IMG/VR virus record: IMGVR_UViG_3300048838_001106
Coordinates: 1-64,000 of that record
Source of the DNA: a virus
Direction: 5' to 3' (one strand)
Length of the DNA stretch: 64,000 bases
The stretch's first letter is position 1. Each line of letters opens with the position of its first letter. Shown one piece after another: positions 9,568 to 17,823 of this stretch. The translations under genes were made by a program, and so were the position numbers. A model generated the notes under the pieces. The model searched no databases. It was not told where the DNA came from and saw only the letters and a program-made list of their open reading frames with translations.

Positions 9568-10341
9568 ATGTCTACTCTCCAGCCATGGAGCACCTCTAAG
9601 ATTGATGTCGCAAGATCTTGCACCCTTCGATTCCACCTGAAGTACTTGAAAAAAGTTCCAGGGGAAGCTGTTGAGCGAAGTGACGGGCGCATCGGCTCTG
9701 CGGTCCACCTGGTCTTGGAGAAGATGCTAAAGGGTGAGGACTATCGAACAGCGTTCACTCACGCAGCGCTGTACTCAAAAATCACGTACAAAGAAACCCT
9801 TGAGCTGAAAGAGTTTGAAACGGCCATCTTGCGCTTCATGTCTAAGTTTGAAGACCTCAAGACTAAGACAAAGGTCGTCGACGTCCACACCGAGCAGCAG
9901 TTTGCGATAACCAGAGATCTGCAAGCCTGTGACTACTGGGACAAAGATGCGTGGTTGCGTGGCGTGATTGACGTGGCTGTTCATGTAGAGAGGCAAGGTG
10001 TCCCATATCTGCTTGTGATCGATCACAAGTCCGGTGAAATAAAGGACATTTCAAACTACAAGATGCAGCTGTTTTCTTACATTGTAATGGGTATGGCGCA
10101 CTTCCCTGAGATGGGAGGCATACAGCCGGCGATTCATTGGCTAAAAGCAGAGGAGGTTTTGCAGCAAAAACCTGTAGAGTGGATGGCCATGACCCTTGCA
10201 GATACAATACAAACTACGGTTGTTCCGGAACTACGCGCACACGTTGAGGCCGCCGAGGTAGCTGCGGCTGAGACGCCGAAGCCTAGCGTCGGATGGTATT
10301 GCGAGTTCTGCGAGTACCGAAAAATGTGCCCTGCGCTATAA
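9568..10341 (+). CDS. Second PD-(D/E)XK Cas4/RecB-like nuclease
   Basis: WSTSKIDVARSC, IGSAVH, TEQQF, RGVID, IDHKSG, QL.SY and CEFCEYRKMC. Confidence 0.8.
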   Translation: MSTLQPWSTSKIDVARSCTLRFHLKYLKKVPGEAVERSDGRIGSAVHLVLEKMLKGEDYRTAFTHAALYSKITYKETLELKEFETAILRFMSKFEDLKTKTKVVDVHTEQQFAITRDLQACDYWDKDAWLRGVIDVAVHVERQGVPYLLVIDHKSGEIKDISNYKMQLFSYIVMGMAHFPEMGGIQPAIHWLKAEEVLQQKPVEWMAMTLADTIQTTVVPELRAHVEAAEVAAAETPKPSVGWYCEFCEYRKMCPAL

Positions 10342-10356
10342 CCGAACGGAGGAGGC

Positions 10357-13300
10357 GTGAACTACATTAAGTTGCCACGCAAAGCACGTAATAAGCTGCT
10401 CGTAGATGCGGGCATCAATAAATTGTTTGATTTATGCCAGGAGGCAAAACCAGGACATGGCTGGACGAAGTTAGGCAACCGGATTCGCGGTAGATGCATC
10501 TTCCCAGGACACAATGACACCACGCCGTCCATGGACATCGTGTTTGACGGGCAGCACGTTTTCCAGAAATGCCTGGGATGCTCACGATATGAGACAGACG
10601 GCATTCAAGTCGTCGGCATGATCACTGGGATGACTGGTGCGCTCCAGATCCTGAACGACGTGTTCTCACAGCGCTTCGGGCTTAAGCTGCCGGAGGAGCT
10701 GAACGACGCGATTGAGCAAGAGGAGCATCACGCGCACATAAAACGCCAGCTATTGCAGGCGGGGCAAGCGGTATTGTCGGCAGGCATTTCACAGACAGGC
10801 GGCGAGTTTGCGTATGTTCAGGACGCAGTGCATTACTTGAGACGACGTGGCCTGGATATGTCATCACTACACGTCTATGGCCTTGGTGTGTTTCCGACCC
10901 TTAAGCATTTTGCGGATTACGCCGACGTGAACATCCTGCCAGATGTGCACGAGTATCTCGGGCCCAAAGTATTCGACGCCAAGCCGATGGCCCCAGGACA
11001 CTACGGTGGTTGGGTGATGTTCCCGTACCACCTGACCACGACCACTATTGGCAGATTGAAGCTCCGCAACCCGAACGACAAAACACAAGAGATGTGGCTG
11101 GGCAGGCACACAAAAGAGCCGCGCGGATTCTTTGGTCTACACCTGTCAGCAATGCATGTCGGCGCCGGCACAGACCAGTCTAAGACGGCATACGTAGTAG
11201 AAGGCGAATTCGACCAGTTGTCATTAGTGCAGGCACAGGTTCGTCGAAACGCGAACGATCACTACACTGTTGTTGCAGCGTCCGGTGCTGGAGCAAGCGA
11301 CATTGACTACCTTGGAGAGTCAAGTATCAGAGACGTCGTGCTAATGGGCGACAACGATGCTGGCGGCATTTCATTTGTAAAAAATGCGCTACGCAATGCA
11401 AGCCAATCGATGGTCAAGAACGTGTCAGTGTACCACTGGGATGCACCGTTTGACGCGTTCAACGATCCGGATGACATCGTTGTCGCAGGCCAATATGCTC
11501 CTTTCTGGGACAGTGTAACTTCAAGAACCAGCGTGTTGGAGCTTAGCGACTGGGCGGCACGGCGCGTTCTTGCAGACGTAGCGACCATGCACATGCCGCG
11601 GACTATTCAGAAGATAGATGCGGTCAATGACTACGGGCAGCTCATATCTGACGAGGTTGTCCGAGACCTTTTCGTCAAAAACTGTGCGGTATCTCTCAAG
11701 CTCGACCACGCTACGTTGGCCAAGCACGTTGTCAGAAACGACTCCCCGAAGGGATTCAGGCTCAACCTTGAGAGAAGCCTGTTGGAATACGTTGTGCCTG
11801 TTGCCTCCGTTGGCTCTGGCAAAGCGCTGTTGTACTCAAAGACAGACGAGGAAATTTTCGAGGTTACACTTAAGCACCCCAGGGACATTGAGCTGGCATT
11901 TCAGTCCCGCGTGTTTCACATGACGACGTTTGAGTTTATCGAAGCAAAGGTGGGGATACCTGACTGGATAGCCATCGACGAGACCAAGAAAGGCACACAA
12001 GAGAGAACGGAAGAGTCGCAGGTCAGCAAGGTAAAGTATCACTTCGATTGGTCTGTTCAGAATTTGGTGTCACAGGCGGTGCCGCTATCGCACTACAATG
12101 TGAGAAAGCAAGGCATACACTGGGCAGACGCTGCTGAAGATCCTATCGACAGGGAGCGCCTGCCTGCGGACTGTCCCGACCAGAGGATCTACATTGTAAA
12201 TGGGTCCAAGATGTTTATGGGCACTGCGGGCGACGACGCCGAGACAGTATTAACGCCGCTAACCGAGCCTATGCATGGGGCGTATTTGCTGTGGGGAGAA
12301 CGCGGCACTGGTTGGAGCTCTAATGTACACAACCTGGAGAGCATGGAACAGATGCCGCCAATGGGCATCATTCAATGCTACGAGATGCTGACGAACATAC
12401 TCAACATAGGTTGGGAGTTTAAGAATCACGATCTGTGTGTCCAGTATCTGGCGGCCAACCTTCTGACTATTTCTTGTGGGATGGTATTTGAGTACCTGCC
12501 GTTCACGTTCTTCACAGGCGGCACGCACTCTGGAAAGTCCACCATACTAAAGGGCTTGGTTGCTGGCGTGCAGCCGAAAGAGCTTGCCGTGCTAGAGCAT
12601 GTTAAGATGGCGGAAGATTACACCGCAGCAGGTGTGATGCAATCCGCGTCAGGCTCGTCACTACTGTATGCCTTGGACGAGTGGGAGGACCCAGACACGA
12701 CAAAGACCACCAGCAAGTCAAGGTCTGTGCAGAGCCTTCTGGAGATGACTCGAAACCTTAGTACAGGGATGACCCGTACACGCGGCTCTGTCTCTGGACA
12801 GGCGTCGTCGGTTTATCTTCGTTTCCCAATCATGGCGGCAGGCATTGTGCCGCACCAGGAACAGGTGGACTTGAACAGGTGGTTCACAATTGAGATGAAC
12901 AAGAACAAAAACAGGGAGGCGCCGGAAGTCCTGGTGTCGCGCGTGTATTCACAACAGGACATCGCGAACCTGCGTAAATCACTCACACTGCACGCCATAC
13001 AGAACGCATTCTATTTGAAGGAGTTAGAGGCTAAAGTGTACCACCATGCATTCAATGGTGGCATCGTACCGCTGCCATCAACGAGGTACGTCAAGGCGCT
13101 GTTGAGTACGATGGTAGGGCTTCACTGGGTTGGTGAAGATGAGATGACCTTTGGAAAAGAGTTCATCAGAGCAGCTGAGCTGTACATCTCCAACACCAAT
13201 GTTACCGAAGAGCGTCGAATGTTCCAGGCTGTGTTCGAAACGAACGCTATTCGCCTGGAGCAACACCCAACACCTCAGAGCGCGGTGGCTATCCTGGCAG

Positions 13301-13647
13301 CGCCAGAACTCAGAGACCAGCTCAGTGGCGCAAACGTCGGACTCTACCACGCAGCCGGCACCGACGTTGTAGCTATCTATTGTGCGAAGTTGCCTGCGAT
13401 TCTGCAGCACCATCCAAACTACAGGACCACGAGCAACACACACCAGATCCACTCCCTGCTCGCCAGGAATCCAGAGATCATTAACGATCCAACATTCTTG
13501 GTAAAAAACCCGAGCATATTTCAACACATACGACAGTACACGGCGCACCCTCGTCCTGAAGAGTTCCTGTACATCAAACTCTCCAGCCTGTCGTTTTCAC
13601 TAGCGCCTCTGGCCGACCCGCCATTGGACGATAAGGACGTCATATGA
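10357..13647 (+). CDS. DNA primase-helicase fusion (CHC2 zinc finger + TOPRIM + P-loop NTPase)
   Basis: CIFPGHNDTTPS..CLGC; TOPRIM VVEGEFD, GDNDAGG, DPDD; Walker A GGTHSGKST and Walker B YALDEWE. Confidence 0.8.
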   Translation: MNYIKLPRKARNKLLVDAGINKLFDLCQEAKPGHGWTKLGNRIRGRCIFPGHNDTTPSMDIVFDGQHVFQKCLGCSRYETDGIQVVGMITGMTGALQILNDVFSQRFGLKLPEELNDAIEQEEHHAHIKRQLLQAGQAVLSAGISQTGGEFAYVQDAVHYLRRRGLDMSSLHVYGLGVFPTLKHFADYADVNILPDVHEYLGPKVFDAKPMAPGHYGGWVMFPYHLTTTTIGRLKLRNPNDKTQEMWLGRHTKEPRGFFGLHLSAMHVGAGTDQSKTAYVVEGEFDQLSLVQAQVRRNANDHYTVVAASGAGASDIDYLGESSIRDVVLMGDNDAGGISFVKNALRNASQSMVKNVSVYHWDAPFDAFNDPDDIVVAGQYAPFWDSVTSRTSVLELSDWAARRVLADVATMHMPRTIQKIDAVNDYGQLISDEVVRDLFVKNCAVSLKLDHATLAKHVVRNDSPKGFRLNLERSLLEYVVPVASVGSGKALLYSKTDEEIFEVTLKHPRDIELAFQSRVFHMTTFEFIEAKVGIPDWIAIDETKKGTQERTEESQVSKVKYHFDWSVQNLVSQAVPLSHYNVRKQGIHWADAAEDPIDRERLPADCPDQRIYIVNGSKMFMGTAGDDAETVLTPLTEPMHGAYLLWGERGTGWSSNVHNLESMEQMPPMGIIQCYEMLTNILNIGWEFKNHDLCVQYLAANLLTISCGMVFEYLPFTFFTGGTHSGKSTILKGLVAGVQPKELAVLEHVKMAEDYTAAGVMQSASGSSLLYALDEWEDPDTTKTTSKSRSVQSLLEMTRNLSTGMTRTRGSVSGQASSVYLRFPIMAAGIVPHQEQVDLNRWFTIEMNKNKNREAPEVLVSRVYSQQDIANLRKSLTLHAIQNAFYLKELEAKVYHHAFNGGIVPLPSTRYVKALLSTMVGLHWVGEDEMTFGKEFIRAAELYISNTNVTEERRMFQAVFETNAIRLEQHPTPQSAVAILAAPELRDQLSGANVGLYHAAGTDVVAIYCAKLPAILQHHPNYRTTSNTHQIHSLLARNPEIINDPTFLVKNPSIFQHIRQYTAHPRPEEFLYIKLSSLSFSLAPLADPPLDDKDVI

Positions 13648-13892
13648 ACGAGGAACGATTGGCGACGCACCTGATAACGCTTCTCAGCAAGGAAGAAGAC
13701 ATATCAGGCATCAGAGCCGTAGGCACAGAGGACAACGAATTTGCGTACACAGTCACTGTGCATGTGTTGTCCTTGTCGAAGCGAAACTTCATACTGGACA
13801 AAGTGCTGGCGGCTATTGACACCTTGAAAGCTGACATGAGCACGCTTCCCCTGGAAATCACAGTTCAACTGTCTTTAGACGGAGATGTGTGA
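13644..13892 (+). CDS. Hypothetical protein
   Basis: 82-aa ORF with 4-nt overlaps on both sides; AAGGA RBS. Confidence 0.6.
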   Translation: MNEERLATHLITLLSKEEDISGIRAVGTEDNEFAYTVTVHVLSLSKRNFILDKVLAAIDTLKADMSTLPLEITVQLSLDGDV

Positions 13893-16800
13893 TGTCGCAT
13901 CCACCAGTTTGGACTTGTGGCAGCAAAGGATCTACGTGCCGAGGCTGCGCGTTCGAGAGCTCTCCGTGTCTTCTTCGAGGGCGGTACAATCCACACGCTC
14001 GCATAACTCTAGTGTGTCAGGCTCCTACCGAAGAGGAGGCAGAGAAGGGGTCATATTTCGGATCTGACAACTTCAAAATCATCGAGGAAACGCTCAGAAA
14101 AGTCATCGGCGACGCAGCTACCGCTGCATACAATGTGGTCTACCTTGTGGGGGCTGGACACAAGAATGCGCCTAAGAAAGATGTCATTGAGCGCTGCTCG
14201 AAGTACATGAACAACAAGTTGCACCAGGCCAGAAAACAATTTGAGCACGAGAATCCTGACTCTGATGCCGTGCATGTTCTGATGCCTCTTGGCGCTGCAG
14301 CGGCAACGCACTTCGTGTCTGGTTCCAGAAAACTAAAAGATGTTCGAGGAAACCAGTACAACATCAAGCTTGCAGGATATGACTGGGTTGTAGCGCCAAC
14401 CTACAGTCCAAAGCAGCTTTTCTACCAGCCGGGATATGCCCGCGTGATCATGACCGACGTCCTGCGTGCCTGGCGCACAGCCTACAACAAGACGGAAGAG
14501 CAAGATGGCACAGACTACACGGCGCATTACATCTACCCGGAGACTGCGGAAGAGGTGGGAAAGGTATGCGACGAGATCATCGCGTACTACGACCCGAACA
14601 AGCCGACGTCTGCAGAGGACTGGCCAATAAGTATCGACATAGAGACAAACACCCTGCAAGCATACAGGGAGGACGCGCTGGTGTTGTCAATAGGCATAGC
14701 CTGGGACGACGGCTTGTCGACATGCATCATGCTCGATCATCCGCGCATGCCTGATGAGTACGACAGAGAGACGGCATGGAAGCACCTGGCCAGGGTGCTA
14801 GCCTCACCGAAGCCAAAGATACTTCACAATGCTCGATTTGACATCCAATTCCTGGCCCACAGGATGGGGCTAGAAATCAACAACCTGTGGTACGACACAC
14901 TTCTGGGGGAGCACTTCCTGGACGAGGACAAGAAGGGAGAGTATGGCCTGAAGGGCCTTACAGGGTTCTATCTTCCGAAGTATGTCGGGTACGAAAAGAA
15001 GCTGCAGGAGGTGTATCTGACATCCTCTGTCACGAAGCAAGATCCCGACAAAGCAGTGTCGTGGCAGGTGGAGACATTTTTTCCGACATTGGAATACGAG
15101 TCGGCCAGCGGTTACGCTGACTGGTTGGAATTCGACGACAGATCCAAGTTGTTTGACCTAGAAGCGCTGTACTTAAAGGCATCCTTTGAGGATGACGCTA
15201 AAGTAAAGTCGGCAGCCAGATCAAAGATTCGCGCCCTGTGTGCTAAATTGATGCTGGAAGCGCCAGACACTGTCAGAGAGAAGGACTTCACCAGTGCGAA
15301 GGACCAGGGTTTCTTGCACATACCAATTGATGTGTTGCGTCCGTACACCGCTGTGGACGCGGACGTAACCAGGCAAATATGCAAGCTCCAGCAGCGCGCT
15401 GTTAGACGCGCAGAGAAAGACTATCCTGACATCAGGGAAGACTATGTTCGTGTGATGCGTGACATTTACATTCCTGCTACGTGGTCTCTGTCACGCATGG
15501 AATACAATGGGGCACCTGTAGACGTGGAATCTTTAGAGCGACGGCGCTTCGAGGCGGTTGTGTTGCGAGACGCCGCGCTTGCGAAGCTAAGAGAGCTCGT
15601 ATGCCAGCCTCTGTTCAACCCCAACTCTAATCCACAGCTGAGCGATGTCATTCTGAACGCACTCGACATCTCGCGGCAGGACTGCGTTTACACGGACCTT
15701 GGGGAGCTGTCTGTGACGAAAGACTGGCTGAGCACTATGCAGAAGAAATACGAGACAGCGATGGAAGGCGAATTCATGTACTGCCTTCTGCTGTATCGAA
15801 CGACAAACAAAACCATCAGCACTGTGTTTTCTAAGCTGTTAGACCTGGCAAATGTTGATGGCAAAATCCACACGTCATTCAATCTAAACGGCACGGCTAC
15901 AGGACGCCTGTCGTCGGCCAGGCCAAATTTGCAGAACATCCAAGCGTATGCAGCCCGCCTGAAAGGGCATGAGTCCTACGCGCTCAAGACCAGCGGCATC
16001 CCAGTCAAGGCCGCGTTCATCCCGCCGCAGGACGGCAAGCGATATGCGTACTATCAGATGGACATCTCGGCAGCCGAGATCCGCGTTCTGTGCGCTTACG
16101 CTCCTGATGAGGGGCTGATAAAAGCAATGACGGACCCCACCATGGACATCCACTCCTTCATTGCATCTACGATTTTCGACATACCATACGACGAGTTCGT
16201 GGCGAGAAAGGACATCGATCCAGAGATAAAACACAAGCGAACCGCCACAAAGCGTGTGGTATTTGGAACCATATACGGCGCAGGCCCGCGTAAAATAGCG
16301 GAGCAGATATACGAAGGGCTGTCCTCTGATCCGGTAATACAAGCTGAGCAGGTAAGCTTCGCGTACGACGTCATCAGCGCCCTGATGCGGCGATTCCCGG
16401 CCATACAGACCTACATTGACAGCACACATGATGAGGTAAACACAAGGGGGTGGACAAAGACACTGATGGGACGCTACAGGCGATTCCGGCTAGGATCTTC
16501 TTCAGGACAGCTGCGATCGCGCAACGAGCGCATGGCTGTGAATTTCAAGATCCAGTCCACGGCATCTGACATCGTGCTGTCACAGTTGTGTGAGATAGAA
16601 AGCAACCTTCACAAGATAGGTGGCAAGGCGATTCTAACAGTGCATGACAGCGTCGCCGGGTACATAGAGGTGGAACGCGTTCCAGAGATGCGTGCATTCT
16701 TTGACCACTACGTCGTAGATCGCGTCCGAGAGCGGTTCCCGTGGCTTCCTGTGCCATTCTCGTACGATCTTGAAGTAGGGTCTACGTACGGGGATCTAAT

Positions 16801-16912
16801 CCCATACAGCACGCTTGAACACGGCATTGACGGTGTAAATGACAAGGACCGGCATAAGGTACAACAGATCATGGAGGCTACAGGCTTATCTTTCTTCGAG
16901 GACACACCATGA
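13889..16912 (+). CDS. polA: Family A DNA polymerase with N-terminal UDG family 4-like domain and 3'-5' exonuclease
   Basis: Exo I DIET, Exo II HNARFD, Exo III YTAVD; TGRLSS..PNLQN; motif A DISAAEIR, motif B RTATKRVVFGTIYG, motif C VHDS. The N-terminal ~200 aa follow the family 4 UDG pattern. Confidence 0.92.
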   Translation: MMSHPPVWTCGSKGSTCRGCAFESSPCLLRGRYNPHARITLVCQAPTEEEAEKGSYFGSDNFKIIEETLRKVIGDAATAAYNVVYLVGAGHKNAPKKDVIERCSKYMNNKLHQARKQFEHENPDSDAVHVLMPLGAAAATHFVSGSRKLKDVRGNQYNIKLAGYDWVVAPTYSPKQLFYQPGYARVIMTDVLRAWRTAYNKTEEQDGTDYTAHYIYPETAEEVGKVCDEIIAYYDPNKPTSAEDWPISIDIETNTLQAYREDALVLSIGIAWDDGLSTCIMLDHPRMPDEYDRETAWKHLARVLASPKPKILHNARFDIQFLAHRMGLEINNLWYDTLLGEHFLDEDKKGEYGLKGLTGFYLPKYVGYEKKLQEVYLTSSVTKQDPDKAVSWQVETFFPTLEYESASGYADWLEFDDRSKLFDLEALYLKASFEDDAKVKSAARSKIRALCAKLMLEAPDTVREKDFTSAKDQGFLHIPIDVLRPYTAVDADVTRQICKLQQRAVRRAEKDYPDIREDYVRVMRDIYIPATWSLSRMEYNGAPVDVESLERRRFEAVVLRDAALAKLRELVCQPLFNPNSNPQLSDVILNALDISRQDCVYTDLGELSVTKDWLSTMQKKYETAMEGEFMYCLLLYRTTNKTISTVFSKLLDLANVDGKIHTSFNLNGTATGRLSSARPNLQNIQAYAARLKGHESYALKTSGIPVKAAFIPPQDGKRYAYYQMDISAAEIRVLCAYAPDEGLIKAMTDPTMDIHSFIASTIFDIPYDEFVARKDIDPEIKHKRTATKRVVFGTIYGAGPRKIAEQIYEGLSSDPVIQAEQVSFAYDVISALMRRFPAIQTYIDSTHDEVNTRGWTKTLMGRYRRFRLGSSSGQLRSRNERMAVNFKIQSTASDIVLSQLCEIESNLHKIGGKAILTVHDSVAGYIEVERVPEMRAFFDHYVVDRVRERFPWLPVPFSYDLEVGSTYGDLIPYSTLEHGIDGVNDKDRHKVQQIMEATGLSFFEDTP

Positions 16913-17217
16913 ATCAACACGCGACACAAACCACTCACGAAGTATACGTGCTAGCAATGGAGACGCCCGGCAGGTACATCGTAGGAGAGCTGACCGATGT
17001 TTCCAAAGGCAGACTCAAGCTAGACACCGCAGCGCATGTAACTTGTATAGACGCGAAGTGGTCGTTCCAGCACATTTCGCTAATGCAGAGCTTCACCGCG
17101 GAGCTGAAAGCATACGCGGGGTTCGGCCCTGCTACGGAGGAGTGTGCTGCTCACTACCGAGTGTGGAAAGAGTACATCACAAACCCACCCAATTTTGAGG
17201 TAGAAGATAGCGAATGA
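16909..17217 (+). CDS. Hypothetical protein
   Basis: 102 aa; ATGA overlap with the polymerase stop; GAGGA RBS. Confidence 0.65.
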   Translation: MNQHATQTTHEVYVLAMETPGRYIVGELTDVSKGRLKLDTAAHVTCIDAKWSFQHISLMQSFTAELKAYAGFGPATEECAAHYRVWKEYITNPPNFEVEDSE

Positions 17218-17386
17218 ATCCGAACGTTGCTTGAAAACGACAAGACAGCGCTACGCTGTTATTTTCTTTCACGACCACCGGCCGCTCTGGGTCACTGCGC
17301 TCCCTCCAGAGCGGCCGGTGGTCACCCCAACGATGGACCTCGCCATCAAGCTCGCCAGGAGCTGCAGGTGCAGAAACAGGGATTCA
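17215..17386 (+). ncRNA. Retron msr/msd-like unit 1
   Basis: TGAATCC (17215-21) pairs with GGATTCA (17380-86). G17222 follows the 5' arm. Contains the CAGCG-CTA-CGCTG hairpin (17246-58), a perfect 18-bp stem (17273-17323) and AAACAG before the 3' arm. Confidence 0.6.
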
Positions 17387-17393
17387 CAGACAG

Positions 17394-17530
17394 AATAGAT
17401 TCGAAACCTGAGAACAGGACAGCAGCGCTACGCTGCTAGCATCTTAGAGACCAACCGTCGAGCTGCGCTCTCGTGGTTGGTCTGGGTAGGTAAATTTAGA
17501 TCTACGCCAAACCAAAAACAGGAATCTATT
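17394..17530 (+). ncRNA. Retron msr/msd-like unit 2
   Basis: AATAGATTC (17394-402) pairs with GAATCTATT (17522-30). G17403 follows the 5' arm. Contains CCTG-AGAA-CAGG, CAGCG-CTA-CGCTG (17423-35), a long hairpin (17448-83) and AAACAG before the 3' arm. Confidence 0.6.
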
Positions 17531-17531
17531 G

Positions 17532-17688
17532 AAAGCTCGACTCTGAAAAAAACCAGAAAGCAGCGCTACGCTGTTGCGCCTTACACGGGTCTAGCAGCGC
17601 ACTTCGTGCGCACTGCCAGACCCGGACAAGAAAGTGTCACGCCTACACGACCTCTTACCCAGTAGCGTGACACCAAAACAGGAGCTTT
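17532..17688 (+). ncRNA. Retron msr/msd-like unit 3
   Basis: AAAGCTC (17532-38) pairs with GAGCTTT (17682-88). G17539 follows the 5' arm. Contains TCTG-A7C-CAGA, CAGCG-CTA-CGCTG (17561-73), a hairpin at 17586-17624, a GTGTCACGC/GCGTGACAC stem and AAACAG before the 3' arm. Confidence 0.6.
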
Positions 17689-17712
17689 AGTCTTAGATAT
17701 GCGCAATGCATC

Positions 17713-17742
17713 CGCGGTGATACGCTGCGATTTTTTTTTTTT
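17713..17742 (+). terminator. Terminator closing the polymerase/ncRNA transcript
   Basis: CGCGGTG-ATA-CGCTGCG hairpin (two G-U pairs) followed by T12. Confidence 0.75.
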
Positions 17743-17823
17743 ACGCTTGTTGTGTCCGCAGCTCCAGGCCCTCGTCGCGCCGCTCCTCGGACTAAGAGCG
17801 CGTCCCCAACAAAGCTTGTAAGA

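Noticed and set aside
17246-17573. CRISPR array interpretation of the CAGCGCTACGCTG repeats
   Set aside because: The repeat is only 13 nt, the periods are long and unequal (177 and 138 nt), the intervening sequences are highly structured, and there is no cas operon.
17227-17665. Small ORFs 17227-17439 and 17477-17665
   Set aside because: TTG starts without an RBS; the region is better explained by covarying RNA structure.
17215-17742. Replication origin or N4-like hairpin promoter reading (the - strand contains GCGTAGC, a GNA-loop mini-hairpin)
   Set aside because: Not excluded, but less favoured. It does not explain the unit-specific closing inverted repeats with fixed G and AAACAG registers, and G-U pairs favour a + strand RNA.
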